From Thermoplasmatota archaeon (GTDB taxonomy: Archaea > Thermoplasmatota > E2 > DHVEG-1), in contig JAFGPP010000127.1 in the NCBI GenBank assembly GCA_016936135.1, forward strand, positions 1-49,502: 49,502 nucleotides of DNA, written 5' to 3'. Below are positions 19,699 to 28,651 of this stretch, piece after piece. The position numbers were made by a program, and so were the translations under genes. Under the pieces are notes generated by a model. That model saw nothing but the letters and a program-made list of their open reading frames with translations. It was not told the DNA's origin and did not search any database. The first letter of the stretch is position 1. Every line of letters begins with the position of its first letter.

Positions 19699-20355
19699 AT
19701 GGGATTATTTGGTATAGGAAGTTTCTCCTCGATTATTCAACGTATTTTTGGTAAAAAACATGCCAAGATCGGAATCTATGGACCACCCAATGTAGGTAAA
19801 ACAACTCTGGCAAATAGGATTTTAAGAGATTGGACGGGAGATATCATGGGGAGCGTATCAGAAATCCCTCATGAGACAAGAGTAGCAAAATGCAAAAAAA
19901 ATGTCAGAGTCGAAAACGGTTCTTCGTCACTGATGATGGATATAATTGATACTCCCGGAATAGCTACAAAAATTGATTATAAAGAATTTATGAATACCTT
20001 TGGTCTCAGTCGCGAAGAAGCTAAAAAACGTGCAAAGGAGGCTACAGAAGGAGTTATTGAATCTATTCGGTGGCTTGAAAATGTTGATGGTGTCCTTCTT
20101 GTTATGGACTCCACTCAGGATCCATTCACACAAGTTAATGTTACAATTATTGGGAATCTTGAAGCAAGAAATCTTCCCGTGCTTATTGCTGCAAACAAAA
20201 TTGATATGGAAGACTCCAGTCCGGCAACCTTGAAATCGGCATTTCCACAACATCCGGTCATTCCTGTTAGTGCCTTGACAGGTTATAATGCTGAAAATTT
20301 GTATTCTCACATGGTAAAACAATTTAGTAAACGGAAACGAAGACGGGGTAGATAA
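19699..20355 (+). CDS. Archaeal GTPase (TRAFAC class) of the GTPase/DUF2073/Zn-ribbon operon
   Basis: G1 GPPNVGKT, G3 DTPG, G4 NKID, G5 SAL. AGGAGG (19684-19689) abuts the first ATG (19690), so the second ATG (19699) is the better-spaced start, giving MGLFGIGSFSSIIQRIFGKK. Confidence 0.75.
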   Translation: MGLFGIGSFSSIIQRIFGKKHAKIGIYGPPNVGKTTLANRILRDWTGDIMGSVSEIPHETRVAKCKKNVRVENGSSSLMMDIIDTPGIATKIDYKEFMNTFGLSREEAKKRAKEATEGVIESIRWLENVDGVLLVMDSTQDPFTQVNVTIIGNLEARNLPVLIAANKIDMEDSSPATLKSAFPQHPVIPVSALTGYNAENLYSHMVKQFSKRKRRRGR

Positions 20356-20357
20356 TC

Positions 20358-20735
20358 ATGGTGAATAAGGATAAAGGAATCTCGGTCAATCTTGTATCAA
20401 GACAAAAATTGGAGGAATTTTCTACAGATGAAAAATTAGAGTTTATTCTTAATGAAATTAGAAACGGAAAAGTATTGGTTTTGGAAAATGGACTTACTTC
20501 TGTTGAACAGGCCAGTCTGATTCAACAGACAATGGAGAAAATCGAACAAGACACTTTTATAGGCATTGAAATGGAAGGCTATGGTGAGGAGAAAGCGTCT
20601 TTTTTACAAAAAATTTTGGGAAAAATAAAGAAACCAAGAATGACTGTTATCGGCCCGGCTGATCTATTAAAAACTGTTCGCAAGGATAGCAATATGATAC
20701 AAACTAGGATAATTCCAGGTAGAGGAGCTAGGTAA
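20358..20735 (+). CDS. DUF2073-like conserved archaeal protein
   Basis: 125 aa, starting 3 nt after the GTPase stop. I recall this size and genomic position as the COG3365/DUF2073 partner of this GTPase. No catalytic motif seen. Confidence 0.45.
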   Translation: MVNKDKGISVNLVSRQKLEEFSTDEKLEFILNEIRNGKVLVLENGLTSVEQASLIQQTMEKIEQDTFIGIEMEGYGEEKASFLQKILGKIKKPRMTVIGPADLLKTVRKDSNMIQTRIIPGRGAR

Positions 20736-21286
20736 TGCCCCATCAATGTTTGAAATGCGGCCATGTATTTGAAGAAGGTTCATCTCAGCTTCTAAAAGGT
20801 TGTCCACGGTGTGGGGGAAATCGGTTTTTCTTCACAAAAGAGCCCATTGGCGATGAAGAACGAAACGCAATAGTTGAAAAAGTTGGAAAGGACATAAATT
20901 CAACGATATTGGATTTGATGCAATTAGATCAGAAGGATGTAATTGATCAGTCAGGTAACTGGCTAAAATTGAAACCAAAGGACGTTCGAAAGGCTTTTAA
21001 ACAGCATTTGCCGGAAAAAAACGAGGAAAAAGAAGAAATTTTTGACTCAAATAAAGATATTGGCAATATAATCGATGAGGAATATAGAAGAAAAATAATT
21101 GACAAAATTAAGACGGAGTCAGAAGGACCAGATGTTCCTGAAACAATCGATATTGAAAAACCTGGACAATATAATATCAATTTGAAAGGACTGCTTGAAA
21201 AAGAGCCCATTATTATTCAGAAAGACGGGTCATACATAATTCATCTACCATCAATTTTTAAATTAATAAATGAAAAGAAGATATGA
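20735..21286 (+). CDS. Zn-ribbon protein (DUF2072/COG3364-like)
   Basis: N-terminal CLKCGH...CPRCGG zinc ribbon, K/E-rich linker, conserved-looking C-terminus. TAATG stop/start overlap with the upstream gene. Confidence 0.55.
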   Translation: MPHQCLKCGHVFEEGSSQLLKGCPRCGGNRFFFTKEPIGDEERNAIVEKVGKDINSTILDLMQLDQKDVIDQSGNWLKLKPKDVRKAFKQHLPEKNEEKEEIFDSNKDIGNIIDEEYRRKIIDKIKTESEGPDVPETIDIEKPGQYNINLKGLLEKEPIIIQKDGSYIIHLPSIFKLINEKKI

Positions 21287-21297
21287 TGAAGAAATTT

Positions 21298-21729
21298 TTA
21301 TAATCTCAGTCTTCGGTGTAGCTTTACAACTGCCTCTACTGCTGCTTTCGCTCTATCGATTCTTTCTTGGGCTTGTAACCTGCTCATGCCAGGTCCAGAA
21401 ATTCCCAAACCAACTGGTTTACCATATTCTATAGACAGATCGGCAATTTTTCGTGCTGCATGCTGGATAACAATGTCGTCATGTTCTGTTTCGCCTTCTA
21501 TTACAGCACCTAGGGTCACAACTCCATCAATATCTTTTTTTTCAAGGAGTTTTTTGATGGCCAGCCCCATATCAAAAACGCCCGGCACCTTTACAATATT
21601 TGTAATTTCCGCTCCAAGAAATTGTGCATGTTCTTTAGCTCTTTCAAGCATCATCATCGTGATGTCGTAGTTGAATTCTGCCACAACAGCACCTATTTGG
21701 ATTTTCTCATCTTTTACCATAGATATCAT
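21298..21729 (-). CDS. ribH: 6,7-dimethyl-8-ribityllumazine synthase
   Basis: [46 protein letters not shown]; collinear with archaeal RibH. Confidence 0.9.
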   Translation of the reverse strand: MISMVKDEKIQIGAVVAEFNYDITMMMLERAKEHAQFLGAEITNIVKVPGVFDMGLAIKKLLEKKDIDGVVTLGAVIEGETEHDDIVIQHAARKIADLSIEYGKPVGLGISGPGMSRLQAQERIDRAKAAVEAVVKLHRRLRL

Positions 21730-21736
21730 TACCTCT

Positions 21737-22646
<910 letters not shown>

Positions 22647-22659
<13 letters not shown>

Positions 22660-23339
22660 TTGCTCCACGCCTTCTTGATATCCTTTCCTTCAATAAAAAC
22701 TAGGCCTTTATCCTTTGCGTATTCTATCGCATTTCGCTTTGACAAGGCTTTGCCGTTTTCTCCCATCATTTCACAGCCGCTTCCAGCAGGGATAAGATTG
22801 GCCATGATAAGTAATGATACAACTAGTTCGGTATGGCCCTGTCTCTCGTCAAGAAGATGTTCTGCGGAAACACATATGGGTATGTGACCAGGTGAACGAA
22901 ACTCTTTTCCAAAAATTTCTAATGATTCGTTAGTGTCAATGTTATTAATTTTTTTTGCAAGTTCAGCAAATTTCTTCATTGTCAAGCTTCTGTCAATATC
23001 AGTTATACCAGTGTAGGTATCGCGATGATTTATATATACAGAAAATGAGGATTTCGTATCATAGGGTATGTCATTAGGTACAAGGTGCTTAAAGACAGGA
23101 TATTGATTTTCAATCTCTGAAAATAAATCAGAAAGGAAAGGAAGTTGCAATTTATTAGCAATGGAATGGGGAATCATTATAAATATAAGTCCTCCGCCAT
23201 CCTTCCTCATTGTTTTAATTGAAGATGGTTTTACAAATTCGCTGGCCATTACTATGTCTGTTTCACCCTCTCTTTTATCATCGTCATATATTAAAACGAA
23301 TTTTCCCTTTTGAAGGCTGGCTATCGCTTTTTCTATCAC
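22647..23339 (-). CDS. ribB: 3,4-dihydroxy-2-butanone 4-phosphate synthase
   Basis: YDDDKREGETDIVMASEF, MRKDGGGLI, NDIPYDTKSSFSV, FRSPGHI and RQGHTE match archaeal RibB. Confidence 0.9.
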
Positions 23340-23393
23340 TTCTTTACAGTCACCTAATATTGAATTTGCCCCCTATAAAATAATTATTGGTTA

Positions 23394-23615
23394 TTACTCA
23401 GAAATGGGTTGATGTTTTTTTCCTTTTTTAGATGCTACAAGATAACGAGTTATATAACCAGCAATGCGATTTCTCAATAATTTACTTGCACCATTAGTCA
23501 GTTCAGCTACTTTATCCTTATTATGCTGAAAATTGTCTGGCATAAACTGGTCAGGAAATTGTTCAATAAGATCCTTCGCAATGGTTTTTATGTATGTTGG
23601 TCTAATATTGCCCAG
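23394..23615 (-). CDS. rps17e: 30S ribosomal protein S17e (eS17), apparent CTG start; absent from the ORF track
   Basis: My minus-strand translation is (L/M)GNIRPTYIKTIAKDLIEQFPDQFMPDNFQHNKDKVAELTNGASKLLRNRIAGYITRYLVASKKGKKHQPISE*. This matches the S17e consensus MGxIRxxxIK...NK..V......SK.LRN.IAGY.TR. GGTGAT lies 3 nt upstream of the CTG. Confidence 0.75.
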   Translation of the reverse strand: MGNIRPTYIKTIAKDLIEQFPDQFMPDNFQHNKDKVAELTNGASKLLRNRIAGYITRYLVASKKGKKHQPISE

Positions 23616-23618
23616 GTT

Positions 23619-23624
23619 ATCACC
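23619..23624 (-). promoter_or_regulatory. Shine-Dalgarno-like GGTGAT upstream of rps17e
   Basis: The minus strand reads aaGGTGATaacCTGggc. The identical GGTGATAAC+start arrangement precedes purM (48451-48456, TTG start). Confidence 0.5.
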
Positions 23625-23903
23625 TTTTGATTGAGAGGCTGGAATACATTCTTGTTATTTAAATCCCTACCTTAGGATGAATTGGCTTGCAGAGTCACTA
23701 TGTTTTTTAGTTTATTCAGTTAAATTGTAGTTTTTTTGAAAATTGATTATAAATGTCTCTTAAATAAAATTTAATTAAGAAATGCAAAATCCACTCAAAT
23801 CGGCTGTTATAGACGTTAAAATCGCTTGATACTTAAACTTTATAAACATTAATATATTAATTGAACAACTGGGGTAAGAGATATTTCTTCAAAGAAACCT
23901 TCT

Positions 23904-24773
23904 TTGAGAACAATTGCAGGACATCAATTGTCGAAATTAGAAGAATATGCAATACATAGCGATGTAGCAAGAAAACTTGCTACAATGATTTTAAGTTCTG
24001 ATATTTACACATATGTGACTAGAAAAGTCAATAAGTTAAGGGATTTCAAACTTATAGAAGAAATAAGAAAAAGTCCAGTTCCGGGTCATGTTGCAATAAT
24101 TATGGATGGTAATAGGAGATTTGCAACAGGTCTAGGATTAAAACCAGATGCAGGTCACATATTTGGAAGGGATAAAATCGAGGAATTGCTCGATTGGTGT
24201 TTCGAATTAAAGATAAAAAATCTTACGTTATATGCATTTTCTACTGAAAATTTTCAGCGAGAAAAAAAGGAAATAAAGTCATTAATGAAACTATGTAAAG
24301 AGGAAATGGATAAAGCAGCAGAAGATCACCGAATTCACAAAAACAAGGTTAAGGTTAGGATAATTGGTCATATCGAATCTCTACCCGAGGAACTTAAAAA
24401 ATCTGCAAATATCTTACAAAATAAAACAAAAGAGTACGATGAATATTCACTCAATATTGCTATAGCTTATGGTGGAAGGGAAGAAATAACCAGGGCAATC
24501 AAAAATATAGCAAAAGATATTAAAAAAGGATCACTAGATGTAAATGATATTAAAGAAGCCGTTGTTTCTAAGTATATGTATACGGATGGGCTACCGGACC
24601 CGGACCTTATCTTAAGGACATCAGGTGAGGAACGTATCTCAAATTTTTTGTTATGGCAATTGGCTTATTCTGAGTTGTATTTTTCAGATGTTTTTTGGCC
24701 TGCATTTCAAAAAAGAGACTTTCTTAAAGCAATTAGAACATGGCAACAACGCAAAAGAAGATACGGAAAATAA
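23904..24773 (+). CDS. uppS: Undecaprenyl-diphosphate synthase family cis-prenyltransferase
   Basis: HVAIIMDGNRRFA, LTLYAFSTENFQR, AIAYGGREEI, DLILRTSGEERISNFLLWQLAYSELYF. Start uncertain: TTG 23904 or ATG 23985. Confidence 0.85.
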   Translation: MRTIAGHQLSKLEEYAIHSDVARKLATMILSSDIYTYVTRKVNKLRDFKLIEEIRKSPVPGHVAIIMDGNRRFATGLGLKPDAGHIFGRDKIEELLDWCFELKIKNLTLYAFSTENFQREKKEIKSLMKLCKEEMDKAAEDHRIHKNKVKVRIIGHIESLPEELKKSANILQNKTKEYDEYSLNIAIAYGGREEITRAIKNIAKDIKKGSLDVNDIKEAVVSKYMYTDGLPDPDLILRTSGEERISNFLLWQLAYSELYFSDVFWPAFQKRDFLKAIRTWQQRKRRYGK

Positions 24774-24776
24774 CAG

Positions 24777-25103
24777 TTACCATTCGATTTCATCATCTTC
24801 TTCAATTTTCTCTATTTCATCTGTTATTTTTGATAGTTTTGAAAACTGAATGTAAAAGAAATATGATATCAATCCTAAACCGATAAATATTATAGCAAAG
24901 GCAAGAATCGTTTCGGCAATTGATGAATTGGCAAGTTTTTGAATTATTGAAATAAGACCAGAATCTGTTTTTTCTGTTAAGTTATGAATCAATAGTAAGA
25001 TTATATAAAAAATTAGCAAAATTATTCCTAATAAAATCGAAATTTTGAAGAAAATTCCAGTTTTAAAATCTTGATGGGTCGAGAAATGTCTTTCTTTTAT
25101 CAT
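24777..25103 (-). CDS. Small two-TM membrane protein with an acidic C-terminus
   Basis: Two hydrophobic helices (ISILLGIILLIFYIILLLI; ILAFAIIFIGLGLISYFFYI) and an EEDDEIEW tail. No family recognised. Confidence 0.4.
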   Translation of the reverse strand: MIKERHFSTHQDFKTGIFFKISILLGIILLIFYIILLLIHNLTEKTDSGLISIIQKLANSSIAETILAFAIIFIGLGLISYFFYIQFSKLSKITDEIEKIEEDDEIEW

Positions 25104-25109
25104 CTTTTC

Positions 25110-25475
25110 CTATGTGTTTGCAGGTGAAAGATTTAAAGCATTTTTTACCTTGCTTTCCAATTCACTAACTTTTTCTTTTGTTCTGCCTTCTTGCTTTTCC
25201 AATGTACTTTTTCTTAGATTAAGTGTTTCCTTGTTAGAATTTAGCTCCTTTATTACCTCATTTTTACCCTTAGTTTTTAAGAGAATTGAACCTACGCTCT
25301 TGTATATTGGGGTTTTGGCATCAGCTTTATCTAATTCTTCTAGAGCATCATCGACTTCCTTTAACCTGATTTCAACTTGTTGGCGTTGTTGCATTATCAT
25401 CTGTAGTTGGGTTCTAATCTGTTGCAGTCTGTTGACTTGATCTTGGAGTTGTTTTGAAATTTCTTCTTCGGCCAT
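25110..25475 (-). CDS. pfdB: Prefoldin beta subunit
   Basis: 121 aa, two coiled-coil arms flanking a central beta hairpin (IYKSVGSILLKT). Typical prefoldin beta layout. Confidence 0.7.
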   Translation of the reverse strand: MAEEEISKQLQDQVNRLQQIRTQLQMIMQQRQQVEIRLKEVDDALEELDKADAKTPIYKSVGSILLKTKGKNEVIKELNSNKETLNLRKSTLEKQEGRTKEKVSELESKVKNALNLSPANT

Positions 25476-25684
25476 AATTCTTTCACTCTCAGCCCAACGT
25501 AATAAGCTGTTGGATTCTTAAAAGTATTGAATCAAAATAATATTAAAATAATCAAACTTTTTGTAGAAAATTTAGTAGGAAAAATATACAAGTTTTTAGT
25601 TAAAAAATGAATTCAATATTTATAATAGAAAATATTATATAGAAAGATGCAAATATAGATGAAAATATAAATTTATATCTTATA

Positions 25685-28591
25685 ATGGGGGATAGAAATA
25701 CAATGAGGAGGAATGATAAACTCGTCGTATTGATTGGAGTAATCGTGTTGATTTTGGCTTCAATAAGCATATACTTTTGGAGTCCTGTATTTACTTCTAC
25801 AGAGGTGGCAAACGTAGATGATATCTGTGGCGTTACTGGTAAATTTATTAGAAAACCCAATTCTATAACTGTTTTGGATGTATGTCCCTTCTATCCTCTT
25901 ATTGCTACTCCACTAGTAGTAAATTATGACGAAGACAATGTGCAATATATTAAACCTTTATATGTTAAGAATGCAACAGAAACCTCCCAAGCAATTTCAA
26001 GGGCAGAGTTTCAAATCGGATTACAGTCAGAAGAATTTATTGACGGATTGAAATCCCCTAAAGAACATTCTATTTATCTTACAAAAAAATATTGGGATAA
26101 AAGTGATGCTGCTTTGTTAATAAAATATGATAAAGAAGGATATGAGTTAGGTGTTGCTGCAACCCCTCTTGCTTCCTATCTGTCCATTCCAGTAATCGTA
26201 ACTGACGAGATGGACCAAGAAGTAAAGCATTTACTTGATGATCTTGAGGTAAAATATTCTCTTATCTGTGGAAATCTTTCAGGTTATGGAAAATCTCTTG
26301 AATTTTCAAATATTGATGAAATTGTTAATACATCAATTTCTATTGTAAGACAAAAATTTGGAAATGATCCACAGTATATCACAATTGCAAATCCCCGCGA
26401 TGCATGGCCACCAACTGTAATAGATGTTACTAATAAATTTTATGAGGGCACTTTAGAGTCGGGCAGTTTACTTCCTTCTCAGATTTTAACTGCAATCCAA
26501 CAAAAAACAGAAGTCATTAAATTTACAATTCCAGAAGATTACAAATACGCTTTGGTAAAAATAGAATTAAGAAATCTAGAGGATCCGGTAAATATTGAAA
26601 AATTTGGTGATGTTGTTACGATCCAAGGCAGTCTCATAGGATTTGCTAGAACTAGCGCAAGTCCAGCAGAACGAGACTTAAATGGCAACGTTGAATATGA
26701 CAGATTTTATTATGAAACTATATTGTATGATATGGGGGGAGAAGAATTTGACATAAAATTAAGTGCTAGTTTCCACACAGTTGATTCGGCCAAATACAAA
26801 CTTTTTGTTACAATGGAAGAATTGAGCGATCCGTATTATCCTCTAACGAAAGGCCTGTCTTCTATTGCACCGTATTTGACTGCGTATCATAAGGGAATTG
26901 CATTTGCAAAACCAGAATTTGCATTTGCCGCAGATGATGATGTATTATTGGATGGGGAAAAATTACCTGGAAATACACAAGTTATGAAAAATCCAATTCT
27001 CATACCAGTGGTTAACAGACATGTATATAACAATATTCACAAACCGTTCAATGAATTGCTTGCAAAAATTAGAGGAATAGATATATCCAATGAAAAGGGC
27101 ATCGAAAGCCTAACAAAGGATTGTAAAATAGATCCTTTTTATGTGGCGCTTGTGGGGGATACTACGATGGTGCCGCAGTACTACTATAGAAGTCCCCATA
27201 ATGATCCCTTTACCAGTCAGGACAAAATGTATGGAACTGGATGTCCTAGTGATTTCATTTATGGAAATATTGATCCTGAGACATACTTTATGCAACCATA
27301 TGTTGGTAAGAAAGATGTTGAAAATGATAAATATTCAAAATATCCTGAAGTAGAAAATATTGTAGGTAGAATCACCGGATGGGATATTCAGGATGCAAGT
27401 GCCTTAATTGTCAGAACCATTTTTTATAATGATGTAATTGATAAATTGGGAGAATGGAAAAATAATGCAGTAGTTATGTCAGGGGCAGGTTTAGAATTCC
27501 AGAAATTACCGTTTTTCAACACAGTTTATAACCTTCTCGATAAACATGAACCAATGAAATTCCCTACGGGGGAGCAACATTTCCTAAATATACGTACATC
27601 AAAAAATATACAGGAAGGGGATTTTAACGTTGAGATCGCTGAACGTGGGAAAGCTCAAAGAGTGGGTTATACAGACGAGGCTTTATGGGAAATTAAACAA
27701 GATGGTTTACTTAATATGCTTTTCTTCCCACGTTGGTTGGTAAAACTTGCTCAGGGATTTGAAAGCGTTAATTCACTTTTCAGCCCGAATTGGTGGAGGG
27801 AAGCATTGAGTGATCAATCTGGAGTTAGGGGAGGCGAATTACAGGAAAGCAGTAATTTGATTCTGACTAATTCACACGGAATATGGTTTGGATTTGAACA
27901 TGGAGATTCAATGATGTATCTTCTTGGCGGTCCACCGATTCTGTATCAGCTCATCGGTAGATTTTTCCCAGTTATAGGGAGATTTTCTACTCCACTAGAT
28001 AGTATTGGCAGTTATGACGTCCGCTCGGTTTCAGACATGGAGCTTGGGCCATCCGTAATGTTTGTGGAGGGATGTGGATGTGGAAAAATTGACAGTGTTC
28101 ATCCTGCAAATACAATTGCAAATGCGTATCTGCATTCTGGGGTAAATGCCTACATTTCCCCAACAACATATTCAGCTATTGGCGGATATCTAGAACCTCG
28201 TCCAAAGTGGCCATTGCTTGATGACGGAGTGGGTTTTGGGATCCTTGGATACTTAAATGCGGCAATTAACGCAAGAAAAGGAGTATATCCAGACGTACAT
28301 TTCTGTGGAGTGATATTTGAGGATTCATATCAGCAATTGATTAATGGAGATGTTGATGTTGGCACAGCTCTTAGAAATGCAAAAAATAATTTTCTACCAG
28401 AGCAGGTTAGTAAAAAATACTTATGGACCCCTCCATTGGGAGAACAACTAGATTCAGTTCCAACTTATACACTTACCACTGGTCAGAGAGGAGATGAGGT
28501 AATAATTGAGAAGTATTGTACAATTTATCAGTTGAATTTACTAGGAGATCCAGCCTTTAATCCATATGAGCCATGTAATGAGGGCAGCTAA
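25685..28591 (+). CDS. Membrane-anchored/secreted gingipain-like (peptidase C25, clan CD) cysteine peptidase, paralog 1
   Basis: N-terminal TM/signal (LVVLIGVIVLILASISIYFW). C25-like N-subdomain: YVALVGDTTMVPQYYY, PSDFIYGNID, VGRITGWDIQDASALIVRTIFY. Candidate catalytic His-Gly is LILTNSHG (His codon 27875-27877) and candidate Cys is MFVEGCGCG (Cys codon 28073-28075). Both are conserved in paralog 2. Confidence 0.6.
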   Translation: MGDRNTMRRNDKLVVLIGVIVLILASISIYFWSPVFTSTEVANVDDICGVTGKFIRKPNSITVLDVCPFYPLIATPLVVNYDEDNVQYIKPLYVKNATETSQAISRAEFQIGLQSEEFIDGLKSPKEHSIYLTKKYWDKSDAALLIKYDKEGYELGVAATPLASYLSIPVIVTDEMDQEVKHLLDDLEVKYSLICGNLSGYGKSLEFSNIDEIVNTSISIVRQKFGNDPQYITIANPRDAWPPTVIDVTNKFYEGTLESGSLLPSQILTAIQQKTEVIKFTIPEDYKYALVKIELRNLEDPVNIEKFGDVVTIQGSLIGFARTSASPAERDLNGNVEYDRFYYETILYDMGGEEFDIKLSASFHTVDSAKYKLFVTMEELSDPYYPLTKGLSSIAPYLTAYHKGIAFAKPEFAFAADDDVLLDGEKLPGNTQVMKNPILIPVVNRHVYNNIHKPFNELLAKIRGIDISNEKGIESLTKDCKIDPFYVALVGDTTMVPQYYYRSPHNDPFTSQDKMYGTGCPSDFIYGNIDPETYFMQPYVGKKDVENDKYSKYPEVENIVGRITGWDIQDASALIVRTIFYNDVIDKLGEWKNNAVVMSGAGLEFQKLPFFNTVYNLLDKHEPMKFPTGEQHFLNIRTSKNIQEGDFNVEIAERGKAQRVGYTDEALWEIKQDGLLNMLFFPRWLVKLAQGFESVNSLFSPNWWREALSDQSGVRGGELQESSNLILTNSHGIWFGFEHGDSMMYLLGGPPILYQLIGRFFPVIGRFSTPLDSIGSYDVRSVSDMELGPSVMFVEGCGCGKIDSVHPANTIANAYLHSGVNAYISPTTYSAIGGYLEPRPKWPLLDDGVGFGILGYLNAAINARKGVYPDVHFCGVIFEDSYQQLINGDVDVGTALRNAKNNFLPEQVSKKYLWTPPLGEQLDSVPTYTLTTGQRGDEVIIEKYCTIYQLNLLGDPAFNPYEPCNEGS
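26850..26941 (+). repeat. Near-identical nucleotide block shared with 29859-29950 (copy A)
   Basis: 51 nt (26850-26900) are identical to 29859-29909. The next 41 nt carry 3 mismatches. The block encodes GLSSIAPYLTAYHKGIAFAKPEFAFAADDD. Confidence 0.85.
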
Positions 28592-28651
28592 AACTATTTT
28601 TATTCTTAATTTTAAATTATTTTTCAATTTTGAATAACGTTTAAATAATAT

